A stretch of 4,692 nt of DNA. It comes from a virus. Taxonomy: Duplodnaviria; Heunggongvirae; Uroviricota; Caudoviricetes. The notes under the pieces were generated by a model. That model was not told the origin of the DNA. It saw only the letters and a program-made list of their open reading frames with translations, and made no database searches. Position numbers and translations under genes: made by a program. Below are positions 4,628-4,692 of the stretch, one piece after another. Position 1 is the first letter of the stretch. Every line of letters begins with the position of its first letter. The stretch lies in IMG/VR virus record IMGVR_UViG_2778261344_000007, positions 1 to 4,692 of that record. One strand, given 5' to 3'.

Positions 4628-4692
4628 ATGGAATTTAAAGATTTACCTCCTTCAATCCAGGAGATTGCAGCACACACACTTCGTCATCGTCT
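4628..4692 (+). CDS. small protein, N-terminal 21 codons (MEFKDLPPSIQEIAAHTLRHR...), continues past the window end
   Basis: ATG 4628-4630 with GAGG (4618-4621) 6 nt upstream, starting 11 nt after the previous stop; frame open to the window end. Confidence 0.5.
   Translation, partial: MEFKDLPPSIQEIAAHTLRHR

Noticed and set aside
1-4692. CRISPR array, tRNA/rRNA, IS element ends, integrase or attachment site
   Set aside because: No spaced direct-repeat array, no cloverleaf-like tRNA candidates, no long terminal inverted repeats or transposase-like ORF, and no integrase; the window is internal to the prophage.

Overview
This window reads as the immunity-plus-replication core of a Rac-type lambdoid prophage from an E. 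coli-like enterobacterium. Nothing was searched; every call comes from reading the sequence and from recalled family features. The minus strand carries one tightly packed early-right operon: a Cro-like regulator (ydaS-like), YdaT (CII-like, overlapping ydaS by ATGA), a YdaU-family replication initiator, DnaC-like YdaV, a DUF1627-like tandem winged-helix protein, a Ren-like protein, and the start of one further gene. The plus strand carries a divergently transcribed CI-like repressor (RacR-like, apparently leaderless), an operator/promoter cluster, a ~170-nt leader and two small ORFs. Three non-coding patterns stand out. A 15-bp motif GAAC-N4-AGTACAT recurs at the divergent promoters and again downstream of the repressor. 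A 21-bp palindrome TGTAACGC-N5-GCGTTACA occurs three times (two inside ydaU, one abutting its RBS), next to a half-site/T-tract cluster that looks like an origin. A perfect TTGATT-N6-AATCAA palindrome sits exactly on the ydaS/ydaT overlap. I cannot defend any gene set here as a complete new defence system. The likeliest places for undescribed biology are the DUF1627-like/Ren-like pair, the palindrome family in the replication module, and the small early-left ORFs.
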